DNA of 64,000 nucleotides from Oculina patagonica (Eukaryota): NCBI RefSeq assembly GCF_052425735.1, contig NC_135764.1, positions 25,296,001 to 25,360,000 of the forward strand, read 5' to 3'. Shown piece by piece: positions 47,101 to 59,364 of this stretch (position 1 is its first letter; each line of letters starts with the position of its first letter). The notes under the pieces were generated by a model. It saw only the letters and a program-made list of their open reading frames with translations, ran no database searches and was not told where the DNA came from. The position numbers and the translations under genes were made by a program.

Positions 47101-50100
47101 GTCACTGTACCGTAAAAACAACAAATCTATTGTTCAGTATTGCAAATCTAGCTCTAGCTCGCATTGCAGTTTTACCGATAAGGATGTGGTGAGTAATTTA
47201 TTATTACTGTGAGTAATAATTACTGTATGTGGTGAAAATCAACGAGAAAGAAATTGTTATTGACGTTTTGTTTGCACTTTTTAAGGTTAAGATTTAAGAT
47301 TTCTATGGCGCAAATTAACATGTAAATATGACCAAATGCGCCTGATTTTCCTCTAGCAACGTGAAGAGGCTATCATGGAAGACCAAAAGAGGGCATTGAG
47401 AAGGTACAATGAGAGGAAAGCTGTGGCAGATTTCCAAAACCTTCAGTAAGTACAGTTTTCTTTTCTTTTCCTTTTTTCTGGTGTGGCACATTACAGGACT
47501 TGGAGACGCGGTGGCCTAATGGTTAGCGTGCTCGACTCTGAGTCGAACGGCCCAGGTTCGAGGCCTGGCCGGGGCGCTGCGTTGTGTTCTTGGGCAAGAC
47601 ACTTTACTCTCGCAGTGCCTCTCTCCACCCAGGTGTATAAATGGGTACCGGCGAACTTACTGCTGGGGGGTAACCCTGCGATGGACTAGCATCCCATCCA
47701 GGGGGGAGTAGCAATACTCCTAGTCCCTTAATGCTACGGAAACCGGGATAAGCTCCGGCTCTATGGGCCACTTAGGCTCGGACAGGCTTTACTTTTTTAC
47801 ATTACAGGACAGATGATGAACTGACAAGTACTGCAAGTGTCTTTCTTGTTTCTATAAACTATGTGTACATGTACAAACAAGCTTACAGTAACATTATCAT
47901 ATCTTTAGACATAAAGGTAATTTCTTTTATTTTTATTTATCATTCTTCACTTGACATTTTTTTTTTTAGAATTGTTGATCACATTGAAGAGGGCAAAAAA
48001 GCAAAGCAAGTTGATGTGGAAGAAGGAGAAAACATTAAAACGCAAGTGGACATGTACATGGCAGCTAAACAAGCCATTGAGGAGCAACGGCGAAAGGTTA
48101 GTTCAAAGACAGGCGTCCCAAACTCATGATTCAATAAATCGATCGAATAACTGATTAATGTAAGCGAATGAATGATTTATGTAAGCGTATCGAGTGGGAC
48201 GTGACTACTTGAAGAGTGCGGTGTTGTGTTACAATTTAGGCCAACTTTGTATGGAGATTTGAGGCGGGACTCTATAAGACTTTGTATGGAGTTTAAAATA
48301 ACTTGTGTTTAAAGCACTCAACGAAATTTTACCTTCCTTTTCAATGAAATAAAGGAAATGGACTCACCTTTCTTGGTTTCTGTTTTCCTTTTGGGCTATT
48401 TCATCATTTTTTTTTTTTTGGGGGGGGGGGGGGGTTGAGGTATTCATGAGTAATCCACGTTATGTAAAACTAAGTTTTTTGTTATTACATAAATGTTAGA
48501 TTTTTTGATGTTGTTCAATGTTCTGTGAGGATTTCATCGTATGTGTGGAAAATGATGAGGGCTTTATAATCAGGATTTTATTTTTTTTAGTTTTATGGCT
48601 TAGTTATAATGCATGGTTGACATTATAACTGTGTTGGAGAACAAGGCAATACAATGCAGTTTTATAATTGGCTGTTTTGTTTGTTTCAAGGATAAAAAAG
48701 AGATCATGGGGGAACATCAGAGACAGCTAGCTGATAGAGAAGTAAGTTTAAAAAATAGCGCATCTCTTTTTTGTTTCTTTAAATTTGTTGGTCGTTATGA
48801 CAAATAGAAGCAAATAGTTAAAAATATTGTAGATCCATTACTAGGATTCAAAATTAAACAGTAATAACATGTTTTCTGGTAAAAATTATTTAAAATTATA
48901 AGCTTTCAGCAGCCAGACTGACTTAAGACAGTAGACTGGCTGCCAAAAGCTTATAGTGTTAAGTTATTTTGTACCAGTGAACGCATTATTACTGTTTTAG
49001 AAGCAAATAGAAAACACCAGACCTTGCAAAATGGCAAAACTAATATCTACTCAGCAAGTCTGACACCTCCTTGGCTTTGCCAAAAATAAAGGAGACTCCA
49101 GGACAGCATTTGTGAAAATGGATGGTAAAACTAATGGAATTTAACTACAACTCTGTTCCATCTACAAATCTGTTGTGTTTTTTTTATAGAGATTTCCATT
49201 GTACATGTACATGAAGGTTTTCTGAGCGTTTTCTGTTGTTGTTTAGGCCAGGCGTAAAGTAGAACAGAAGAAAATTGAAGAGGAAGAGGAAGAAATCCGA
49301 CAGTTTGGTCAAGCTAAAAAGGTAAATGCAATCATTGCTGACTTTTGGTTGCTAGTACATGTATATGGTAGTGCACTGTCTTGTTAATTTGTTAACACCT
49401 TAAAAATTATAACCATACCAAGCTCATTACCGGCATCCTTCATCACTTCACCTGACCAGCTAGTGACTGAAAAGAGATAATGTTACTGTAAATCAAAACA
49501 TTTACGTAGAAAAGAGATCCTGGCGTCAACTTAATAAAAAAAATTGTGCACTGTACTGGCATTTGTACTTGAAGTGAATTGCTCACAAGGATTATTCATG
49601 AAGTAACAAAGATATTAAAACTCAAAGTCTTAGTAAGAGGGGCCACAAGCAAAAGAATAGGAATGGGTATGGAATTTCAACAAAAATAAAAATAGGGGGG
49701 AAATGGGATTTATGCCCCTCCCTATTAGCCCTCCCCCCCCCTGTACTTACATGTAGATGTATAATCGTTCATGAACATGAACACTAGCAAAGAGATCAAA
49801 ACCTGGAGTATCTTATATTATTATATATATAATTCCAACAAATTTCTTGGTTTTTAATGACTGAGGTTTTTTCTTTTTTTTTTTATTTTTTTTTCTGTAG
49901 AAAATGGCAAAGATGCGTAAAGAGAAAGAAACTGAACTGTTCAGGTAAGAATTTCATTCAAGATTTGTTAACTTAGAACGGTTTTTTAATGACCTTCGTG
50001 AAAGCACAATCAAAGTACAGTAATCTCATGGCCAAACACAACGAACAACGCTGATAATAAAATGAAACAATCAGGGGACAAGCAAAAACATGCAACCGGC

Positions 50101-53100
50101 GCATGTAACACAGGAAAACGCACAAAGCCAAGTCACGTGTAGTTTTGGTCGTGCTTCTCATTGGTTGAAAGAACAGCATGTAAGCTGTGATTGGTTAGTT
50201 ATAGAGTTCAACAAACGCATCATTACAACATGTACTTCATTGAAAAGTCACTCTAGTTTTACTATCAATAATCGTTGTTATTTTTCGGCTGTTGTTATAA
50301 GTTCTGTCGATCTTTGTTCACAGAGCCTTCCAAGATCACACTGAACGAATGAGAAAGAAGCTAGCTAACCAGAAACAGCAAGAAGTCGATGATGAAGATG
50401 ACAGAATAGCTAAAGCTGTTGCGGAAAGGGAAAGCAAACGCGAGGTAAGTTTGCACTGCCTTCGTTTTCCTCCATAAACGTAAATGTTTTTGAAATATAG
50501 GCACCTACCAACTATTTTGCGAGCTCCTGGAACAACCAGTAACCGCCAACACTTCATTTTCCCTCCTTTCTCCCAATGGTGCTAACGATCTTTCATGTGT
50601 GTCGTGTCCAATAAGTACCACGTCTTTGACCGTTGCAACATCGCTTTTATCAATCAAAGCAGAGCTGTCTTTTTCCAATCAATCAGCTGTCAACCAAATG
50701 GAAGTTTCCTGCGTTTTTTTTGTGGGTTTTATAAAGGCTTGGTTGTAGCTTTTTACAACAGATAATTATTGAAAAGCTCTAAAGGGAAAGAAATTGGTAA
50801 TTCAAGAAAACTTTAGAAGCAGTTTGAGAAGACGAAAAACTTGAAGAGTGTACATAAAGATAAGTGAACTAGTGACGAATAGGAAAACAGACAAAGGAAT
50901 TCATGAACTACTTGTAAAATGGCTTCTTTATATTTATGGTTTGTAATTTATCTTTTCCAGGCGGAAGAAAGACAAAAATATGAGTCGGATATGAAGACCA
51001 AAAAGGAAATTCATGATCAGAGGATCTTCATGGTAAACAATAATTTTGCATTGTATAATGTTTTATTCCTATCCCTTTTCAATCGACTGGGGCATGTTGT
51101 GTAAACTCGTAGAAATTAATTTTGAGCAGGGACATATAATAGTTTACCCAGAGGGAAGGCGAAGTCGTGGCAGACGGAGGGAGACTTGGCCAAGAACTGC
51201 AGAAAGAGAAAGAGCCGCTTTGGGTTTTGGCTCGTGGAACGAGGCAGCGGTGGCTGCCTGCGACCGTGCAGCATGGCGGAGAAGAATGTCCGGCCCTATG
51301 CCCACTTAGGGCTTTGGCCATAAAGAAGATATAATAGTTTGGCGTTTTGAAAAATTTCCCTAGAGTTGAGGAAGAAAACGGTGGTTTGCTCAAAAGATGT
51401 AGAACTATGTGAATAAAATCTTGATTCAAAGCTCTTTGGAAGCTCCGGCCCAGTTTATACGGGCGATGAATAACCCGCCTCAAGCTAAGTAACCTAGCCT
51501 GCGTGGCAGGTGTCTAAAGGGGAGAGGGGTGGGCGAGGAAAAGGAGAGGGGACTGCATTTTCCCCCCTCCCTCCCCCTCCCACTTTTTGTGTCTAGTGCG
51601 AAGCGCAGACACTAAGCTATAACGCTAAAATTTTTCAGTAAGTACTTCATATACGGCAAATTATGACGTCATACTAACCAAATTCCACTGAGATTTCTGA
51701 TACGTGACAGCGTACACGAAGTATTTTACAGAAATGCTTCTCTGCATAATAGTAATCGATAATCACTCGTTTTGCCTTCGTTACCCCTTCGTTATTCCTT
51801 CGTGAACAACTGATGAAAACGTAGAACAAACGGAACAAGTCTAATTTAAGATAATTAAGACATTAATTACGTCAACAAACGTCAGCACAATGTATTGCGC
51901 TAAAAATAATAAATTCTCGGACGTTTGAAGACTTTTGTCTCTTCATTAACGTTAAAACTACCGTTAACAGACAGCACGCGCAAGACCCTGCATTCAAATG
52001 GGATGAACGTTGACTTTGCTTTCTTGTGACAGTGCAAGCGCGCGCTTGCGGCGAACATGCATTTTAAATTAATTTAAATGTACACGCGCGTGCTGTCTGT
52101 TAACCGAATTAGATTTCTCTACAACTATAGTCTATGCCGACAAAAACCTAATAAATGCACTACCGTGACCGAGCAATACAGTAATGCACAAAGCTCAATA
52201 AAGCTCAGCACTAGACACATGTACGCAGTGCGGACCTATTTTTACGTCTTCCACGCAGGCTAAATTAACCGCCTGGTGGGGGATTCTTTTCTAGTTTTAA
52301 TTAAAAAATCTTTTTGTAACTCCCTTCTGAGTAGCGTTTCTCTTTTTGCGTTACAGATGAAAGAGAATGAAAGGCTAGCCGCGGAGGAGGCGAAGAAAGA
52401 TCGTGAAATACTGCGTAACAGAGTGGAATCGGATAAGCTGGTAAGTAGAATTGTAGACCGTATGCCTGGTATGCAGCAGTGTTTTTTTTGGGTTGTTTTT
52501 TAGGGGAGCTATGTCACGGGGATTTTGATCTTAACTATTCTGAAATTAGTGCTAGGCAACTAAACCTATAAAAAACACTATCTTTGAACATCTTAAGGAA
52601 GATACAACCTTCATTTGCGTATAGAAATCAACCTACGGCTACAAAAATCGATTTTTTTTTTTATGACGCGCTGAAACAACTTGAAAACGTTAGCCTAACT
52701 TTTTCAAGTTGCAATCCGTTTCCATCCGAGCCATCCGCATCCAAAGATGCTCGTTTACAGGTTCAGTGCTCTAATATAGCAATTTTTAATAAAAATGGAC
52801 TGTTATTTTTAGGCTTCCTGTGACACAAATATTAATTTTGGCTGTTCAAAAATCTGGTAAAATTCGTGAGTATGGAAGTGTTCTCATGCAGGTAACGCTA
52901 CATTTGAGCTAAGCTGAGCGATCATTTATCACTGTTTTGTTATTGTTTTTCCTTAGTACCACTTGAAACAAGAAGAGAAACGCGTTGCACAACTCGCCGA
53001 AAGCAAGAAACTGAAGGAATTCCAAACGGAGCAAATTGTAAGTACCTTACGAATGAAAAATGGACTGATTTTGGTGTTTTGCATGCTTAGCCGAAATTTG

Positions 53101-53612
53101 CTATGTCGGGTCTTGTTAAAAAAAAGGCGTGTGGATGTAAATTGACTTAAGAAATGGGCGGACCCCCCGCCCCAACTCCTAATCTCCTACCCTTCTTCAA
53201 ACATACTTAAGCAGTGAACGCATCTAATCAAACCTCTCTGTTTTGTCACCAGAGCGAACTGAAGGACCGAACACAGCAAGCCAGAGCAGCAGACCTAGAC
53301 CTGGACAACCGAAACGGGGCACTACTTCAGGCAGAAGAGGCTCAATTTCAAGAGTACGCCAGCAAGGTCATTGGAGAGGCCAAGGCGCATGGCCGTAATC
53401 CGTATCCACTTATCAAAGCCGCCCAAGAAGGACCCGGAGGTGGTCGAGGGCCCAAATATGACGGAAAACAGGGACTTCGACCAAGTTACCTTGTATGTGA
53501 TGGAACGGGCGTTCAGCTACCTAACTATTCCAACGGAACGGTGCAAGGCTCGCACACGAAAATTTACGGTAACCCAGGCCAAAGTCGAAAAAGACTGGGA
53601 TTCACCTGGTGA
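44151..53612 (+). CDS. CFAP210: Cilia- and flagella-associated protein 210 (CCDC173), 16 exons, 549 aa
   Basis: Exons 44151-44196, 44275-44327, 44437-44592, 44810-44863, 46223-46342, 46629-46745, 47357-47445, 47970-48096, 48691-48741, 49247-49321, 49901-49944, 50324-50444, 50961-51032, 52357-52440, 52957-53037, 53253-53612; 1650 nt, open. Motifs HGRR, WRRIQNSL, HWENT, AIERAK..QYYQTDRVKTFHGALLL.EVLKERDAQIE and C-terminal RLGFTW match CCDC173 as recalled. Confidence 0.9.
44938..45593. mobile_element. Putative Helitron-like non-autonomous insertion carrying tRNA-like fragments
   Basis: Starts with CTAG and has a GC hairpin (CTCGGCCTTCGGCCTCG) near its end. Contains three GGATTCGA(A/G)CCC B-box-like pieces, including a minus-strand tRNA-Ser(TGA)-like degenerate sequence at ~45352-45433. 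Confidence 0.4.
47500..47798 (+). mobile_element. Full-length tRNA-derived SINE with CORE-like centre
   Basis: A box GGTGGCCTAATGG, B box GGTTCGAGGCC, CORE-like CTTGGGCAAGACACTTT...TATAAATGGG; 12-bp TSD ACATTACAGGAC at 47488-47499 and 47799-47810. Confidence 0.9.
51140..51330 (+). mobile_element. RTE-clade LINE 3' fragment
   Basis: PEGRRSRGRRRETWPRT...AACDRAAWRR, typical of the RTE ORF C-terminus. Confidence 0.7.
51496..52262. mobile_element. Non-autonomous TIR element (TAGCCTGCGTGG family)
   Basis: TAGCCTGCGTGG ... CCACGCAGGCTA termini; same terminal family as 60782-60954. Confidence 0.55.
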
Positions 53613-53951
53613 ATTAATTACAGCTCTGATGAATTTTACTTGTAAATAGACTTTCATTTATTGAAATCGTTTCTCTCGCGTAGATTTTGTAACGAATGCC
53701 ATACACCCCCTTATCGACGTTGTACAATCTTGGCTTGGTTTTACATGCAAACATAAAAGGCTGAATTATACGAAGTTTAATGTACTGATTGTAAATAAAG
53801 AGTGAAAACATGATTTCTAGTTTGTGCCATTATATACACTGAAGTGGGCAGTCGTCGATTATCTGGGTTCGATGAGGTGTAAAATGTTGTAATATCCTGC
53901 AACATTGTTTTGTCGAATGAACTGTTAGTTGATCAAGTAACGTAATTCATT

Positions 53952-54413
53952 TACACCCGGCATATCCAATCGAACGTTCGGTAATCGAACCCAATCGTTC
54001 GATTGGGTTCGGTAATGGAACATAATCGAACTCACAATAAAATTTGGCCAATCGAACAAAATCGAACGTTCGATTAACGAACAGTCGACAATCAACCAAA
54101 ATCGAACGTTCGATTACCGAACATTCGATAATCGAACTCAATCGAAGGTTCGATTACCGAACTCCTGTTTGTTTATAATGCGGACATTTTGTACGGTGCA
54201 CTGTACCCCTAGTTAGTCCTGCGTGATTTACTTATCAAGAGACGGATTCCAAACAAAATCGAACCGGATTGAGTTCGATCGTGTTCGATTGGTTCGAAAA
54301 TCGAACTCACAGAAAATAGATGTTCGATTACCGAACCCAATCGAACGATTGGGATTCGATTGGGTTCGATTAATTTTTGGTTCGATCTTGTTCGAGTGGA
54401 TACGCGGGGTTTA
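53952..54413. mobile_element. MITE with multiple ATCGAAC/GTTCGAT subterminal repeats
   Basis: Imperfect inverted ends and many inverted ATCGAAC units. Confidence 0.6.
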
Positions 54414-56599
54414 CAAGGTCATTATTTTTCGAGTGTGTTCTAAGTAGTAAGATACTCTGGTCAACACACGCGGCAGATCTCGGATGTTAAAACGAATGCT
54501 GATTTAGCGGGAGATCTTGAAAACCTCTCACAAAATAGCTTTATTCACGGCAGCTGATATTGATAATTGCAGGGTTACTGAAAAGACAAGAACAAACAAT
54601 TTCCGTAAATTTTAGCGCTTAAGTGATCTTCTTGAACAACTTATTGGTGTAACTAAAGAATCTTTTGAAACTATAGGATTTTTAAACGCGGGTTTGAGGC
54701 TTCACCAAATTGAATGGCGAACATTTTGATGGGCAAAATTTCAGAAGCAGCCACACAGCATGAAAAAAAAGCTTTACTGTGGTGTAAAGCTCAACCGTAA
54801 AGCTGAAGTAAATTTGGAATTTACATTTTTTAAATCTGACCTTTATACCAACTTAACACTCGAAGAGATAGAGAGACTCTTCTACCCCAACGTTTGGCAT
54901 CACATTTACACACGGTGGTGTAAAGGTCGGCTTAATCACCTTCAACAACGTTAAATTTATGGTTTAAGGTTGGATAACCACCTTTAATTTCACATAGAGT
55001 TCAATCCCGATAACTCGAACCCTCAGTAACTCGAACCTCCCGCTAACTCGAACCTTTTCTGATTCCCCTCCAGGTAGTTTTCCTACTAATTTTACCCGCG
55101 ATAACTCGAACCTTTTTCGATTTCCCTTGAAGGTTCGAGTTATCGGGATTCAACTGGAAATCTCAATTTTCATGCTATGCCGGCCAGTAAAGTAGATGAT
55201 TTTCCATCAATATTAAATACCTGATATTGTTAGTTTCCAAAGCTGGCCACATCTCCACGTTCACATCAAATTTTTGTATCGTATTGGGTTTGTGACATTT
55301 AAAATAGTTTAGACAAATCTCTAAATGTAGAAGATTGATTTTTCGGGTATGCATTAGCAACGTAGCAAGACACAAATCAAATTAATTAACATGGTGCAAT
55401 CAAATCGCTTTCAATATTAAAATAATTTCAGTTATTCACTTGACAAGTGGAATGAACTTCCTAGCATGCAATATCAGTTCATATACCGGAAATAACACTA
55501 ATGCAGAAGTCATGAGTCGAGATTGAAAATAGGGCCAGAACGTTTACCGTAAAAAGGAAAAGTGTTGAAAACATACGAAGTATTCTGAAGTATCTTGAAG
55601 GGTTGGACGGTTTGCAATTGCGTTGCTTTTATAAAAGTTTGGAACAGAAACAACAAACACAACTTGAACCACTCCAATGCATTTTTAGGTGCACTAATAT
55701 CACCGCGATAGCAACCGAGGGCCTATATTGCTCATGAAAATATAAAATCTCCTTACTTATGTCCGTACTTTCCTTTGAAGGATAATTTTGAGAATTGCGC
55801 GCTACATCAAATTGAAGACTTTTTATATCCTCGTCACCAGTCTTCCGTTAAAATGTATCGATATTGTTAGGAGAATTTCATATTGATCACTGTTGTGACT
55901 GAAGCGTTTCACGATGGCTTGTTTACTCGCAAGCTGCACTGGAAGGCGTTTTTTCCCAGGTAAATTCGATCTTTATTTAGTTTATGCCTGTTCCTTAATT
56001 CATACGAGTATAATGTTGTTTGGGATCACGTTAGTTTATGTAAGAGTCAAGCTCCCGTCGAGAGTGTGTCCCTAGATTGTAAATGAAACTGTTCTCTACT
56101 ATTCGCTCCCTACTTGCCCACTATTGCCCTCGGGCGGTGCATGTTTTGAACGATATTTTGCTTTGTTTTACGCTGTTTGCGTCGATCGCATACCGTGCTG
56201 GAAAAATTTAAGTACAATCAACGGATCTGAAGGTTCTATTTCGCACATGTAGAAACTGAAATCTGTCTACATTGCGTTGGGTAAAGTTATTTAACACGGT
56301 TCAAGCTTTTTACCTCGCTTAATCGTAAATGCGTAAAAACCATATTTCTAGTTGTTTATTATGATGAATACAAATGATGTATATTTATTTATCACTAAGC
56401 TGACAATTGATTGTATAACTAATGTGACTGTCTAATCAAGAACAAAAGATATTACCACACAAAAATATTTGAAAATGAAAAAGTCGATATGATATGTGCG
56501 GCCTGTTGTATATCATATGTTCGGTTTCGATCGACCGAATACTTGAAACAAGGAGATATATATGCGTCCAGACAAGTTTGCACCTTAATTGCATGTTTA

Positions 56600-57136
56600 T
56601 TAATGAGCATCTCGAATGTCTGCAAAAACCAAAAAAATTGGCCACATTTCACCGCCATCATCGGGTGTATGCCCAGAGTAGAATTGAGCCGTGGCATAAG
56701 GCTGGGCCACCAAACGCCGTGTTCCACCTGTAGACAAGCAAAACGTACCTCGAGTATCACTCCGCGCGAATGGTTTGATGACTCGGTCGCCTTGGTGGGG
56801 TGATTCATTCAAGAGAACTGGAAAAACAGGTCTTCCTCCTCCGCCAGTTTGAGGTGATGCAAATCCTTGTTGGGGACCATCTGCAGCCCAGGCTCCTTCT
56901 GCGCTGCGAAACATGTCGGCTATTTGGGCCTGCTGCGCCGGTGGCAGTTGATTATAGACATTTTGTTGAATTCCAAGGGTGCAGGAACACAGAGAACCTA
57001 CTGTTCCGCCTTGCTCAACCCTTTGTAAGTAGACCAAATAGCGATGTTTAAACCAGGGCTCCATCAGTGCGTTGTTATCCGCAGGTGGGGGATTTCGCCT
57101 TGGAAAAAGCTTGCCTCGAGAGCCTCGATCTGCCAT
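56600..57136 (-). CDS. Intronless 178-aa protein, paralog 1; candidate microbial-ribonuclease (barnase/T1/ribotoxin)-like fold
   Basis: Intact ORF in good start context (ACTATGG); ~70% identical by hand alignment to 58447-58971, with the frame preserved across indels. Motifs DMFRSAEG, LLNESP (E111), GTRRLV (R141), FYSGHT (H156). The function is inferred. Confidence 0.8.
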   Translation of the reverse strand: MADRGSRGKLFPRRNPPPADNNALMEPWFKHRYLVYLQRVEQGGTVGSLCSCTLGIQQNVYNQLPPAQQAQIADMFRSAEGAWAADGPQQGFASPQTGGGGRPVFPVLLNESPHQGDRVIKPFARSDTRGTFCLSTGGTRRLVAQPYATAQFYSGHTPDDGGEMWPIFLVFADIRDAH

Positions 57137-57175
57137 AGTTTAGTTTGCTAAACACAACTGAAACTGCTTTTTGTT

Positions 57176-57222
57176 AGTTTCGTTTCACTGAGCCAATATA
57201 TCAAAGGAATTTTTTCCGCAAT
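57176..57222 (-). promoter_or_regulatory. ISRE/IRF-like motif plus C/EBP- and kB-like motifs upstream of paralog 1
   Basis: AGTTTCGTTTC at 57176-57186. The block GGAATT(A/T)TTTCCGCAATCATGA is conserved upstream of both paralogs (also ~59024-59044). Confidence 0.35.
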
Positions 57223-58446
57223 CATGAAAGAAGGAGAAGGGCCCCCCTGCAAAGCCTCTTTGTTTTGTTATTCGCCCAAGAATCAAGTGTTGCTTTGTTT
57301 TATCCGCGACAGTATGTGTTACCGCACGTGTTGTTGCTGTGAATTTTGGGATCGGCAATAGACCGCATTTATGCGACTTACGCCAGTCACCTACTAACAT
57401 TGTTTCCATTGTGGATAGAAAAATTGATCGGATATACTGTTAGTGAGAAGGAACAAAACTCAGTTTTTTCTCCGAGCTTTTTTCCCTTGTCCCTTTATGG
57501 AAGAAGGTGTGGGAGACTGGACTGAGAAAGGAGCTGAGAAGGTCAATGAATGCCAGCCAGGTTACTTAGTCGATCTCATTCCCAGGCAACATTAACGTAG
57601 ATTCTATTTTCTCGAGAAGAACATGAAACAGTTTTTAAATATCCTGCTAAATCTCGATTAGGCTATTAATATATTCTTATTCCAAGGGAATTCCGTAAAA
57701 TGCATATTAGTTTATATTGAAAGTCCCACTTCTCTATGAGGTTTTCTGTTGAAGAGTCCGTTTATTCTGTTTTTATGTGCCCGAAAATTGACTTTGTCGC
57801 AAGGTTGCAGTTCGCCTCTTTTCTCCAAATTGACTCCTTAGGAACGTTTACAGACCTGATCCTGCAAAAAAGGCGGAAACAGAGGACACGCAAATATCGA
57901 TGGGAAGGGTCTCTTTCCGTCGTTCACATCGTGATTTCTTTCTCTCTCCTCAGTCTTCTCACGTTCTATCAAGGAGGAGAGAGAGATGGAACGAACTATT
58001 GATGACATACTGAAATGGTCTTGAATACGGTTTTACCAGAATTTATTTGGAATACATAGTCTTTTAATGCATTTGGTCTGAAATATAGGCTCATAAAATT
58101 CAGTTAAAACACACTTAAACTGAAATATGTTGAGATTGCATTACATGTACTTAACTTGATTCGCTTCGCCGGTCATGACCTATTGACTATACATGCATTA
58201 TTTCGATATGTTTATGGTGCTAAATTTTAATTATAATTATCCACGTTTATCTGACTAAACTCACAATAGACTACATAACGCATCCAAAAGGATATTACAA
58301 CATTAAAAAAAATAGAAGAAAATGAAAACGTTGAGACGATATGTGCGGCCTGGGGCCTGTTGTCATATGTGCGGTTTCGATATACCGAATACTACTTCAA
58401 CACTGGATTAATATGCGTCCAGACAAGTTCGCACCTTGAATGTTAG

Positions 58447-58971
58447 TTAATGAGCTTTTTTAATTTTGTCAAAAACCAAAAGACTTGGCCACATTTCTTT
58501 GTCGTCCGCTGTATGGTTAGGGTAGAATTGAGCTGATTCATTAGGCACAGCCACCAAACGCTGCGTTCCGTCTGTAGACAGGCAAAACGTACCTCGAGTA
58601 TCACCCCTCGCGAATGGCTTGATGAGTCGATCGCCTGAGTGCGGTGTTTCTTTCAGGAGAATTGGAAAAACAGGTCTTCCTCCCCCGCCAGTTTGAGGTG
58701 CGTCAAATCCTTGTTGGGGACCATCTTCAGCCCATTCTCCTTCTGCACTTCGAAACATGTCGGCTATTTGGGCCTTCTGTCCCGGTTCTAGTTGTGTAAA
58801 GGCATCCTCGTCAATTCCAAGGGTGCAGGCACAAAGAGGACCTACTGTTCCGCCTTGCCCCATCCTTCGTAAGTAGACCAAGTAGAGACGCTCGAACCAC
58901 GGCGCCATCACTTCAAATTTATCCGTAGGTGGGGGACTGCGCCTGGTAAAATGGTCGCCTTGAGCTGCCAT
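58447..58971 (-). CDS. Intronless 174-aa protein, paralog 2; candidate microbial-ribonuclease-like fold
   Basis: Intact ORF (ACGATGG); DMFRSAEG, LLKETP (E108), GTQRLV (R138), FYPNHT (H153). Lies in a ~1.9-kb tandem duplication (~56380-58100 vs ~58240-60110). Confidence 0.8.
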   Translation of the reverse strand: MAAQGDHFTRRSPPPTDKFEVMAPWFERLYLVYLRRMGQGGTVGPLCACTLGIDEDAFTQLEPGQKAQIADMFRSAEGEWAEDGPQQGFDAPQTGGGGRPVFPILLKETPHSGDRLIKPFARGDTRGTFCLSTDGTQRLVAVPNESAQFYPNHTADDKEMWPSLLVFDKIKKAH

Positions 58972-59354
58972 CGTTCAGTTTGTTCAGCGCAACTGAAAAC
59001 TGCCATAGTTCTCTTTATCAAAGGAATTATTTCCGCAATCATGAGAGAAGGAGAAGGACCCCCTGGAAAGCCTTTTCGTTTTGTTAATCACGTGCACCCG
59101 AGAATCTAGTGGCTTTTTTATCCGTCGACAGGGGGTGTTACAATGGATTTTTGAAGTGGTAAATGACCGCAATCATACAAGTTACGCTAGTCATTTTTCC
59201 GGGTCAGCTATACGCTAGAAATTAATTGATTGAATGCATTGTTAGTGAGAAGGGAACTAAATCCAGCCCCTCGAATACCTCTTTGTGTTTTTTCAGCCAA
59301 AAGTCTGTGCGAGAGACTGGACTGAGAGGTCAATGAAAACCAGGACACTAAAAG

Positions 59355-59364
59355 GGGAACTTCC
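59355..59364. promoter_or_regulatory. Consensus NF-kB site upstream of paralog 2
   Basis: GGGAACTTCC fits GGGRNNYYCC. GGGAATTCC also occurs at 57686-57694, upstream of paralog 1. Confidence 0.35.

Noticed and set aside
53955-54410. CRISPR-like array of ATCGAAC repeats
   Set aside because: Units are short, irregular and inverted, there are no unique spacers or cas genes, and the context is a eukaryotic MITE.
56452-57051. Overlapping alternative-frame ORFs (118, 104, 79 and 83 aa) over paralog 1
   Set aside because: They have no counterpart in the ORF track for the duplicate copy, whereas the 178/174-aa frame is preserved in both.
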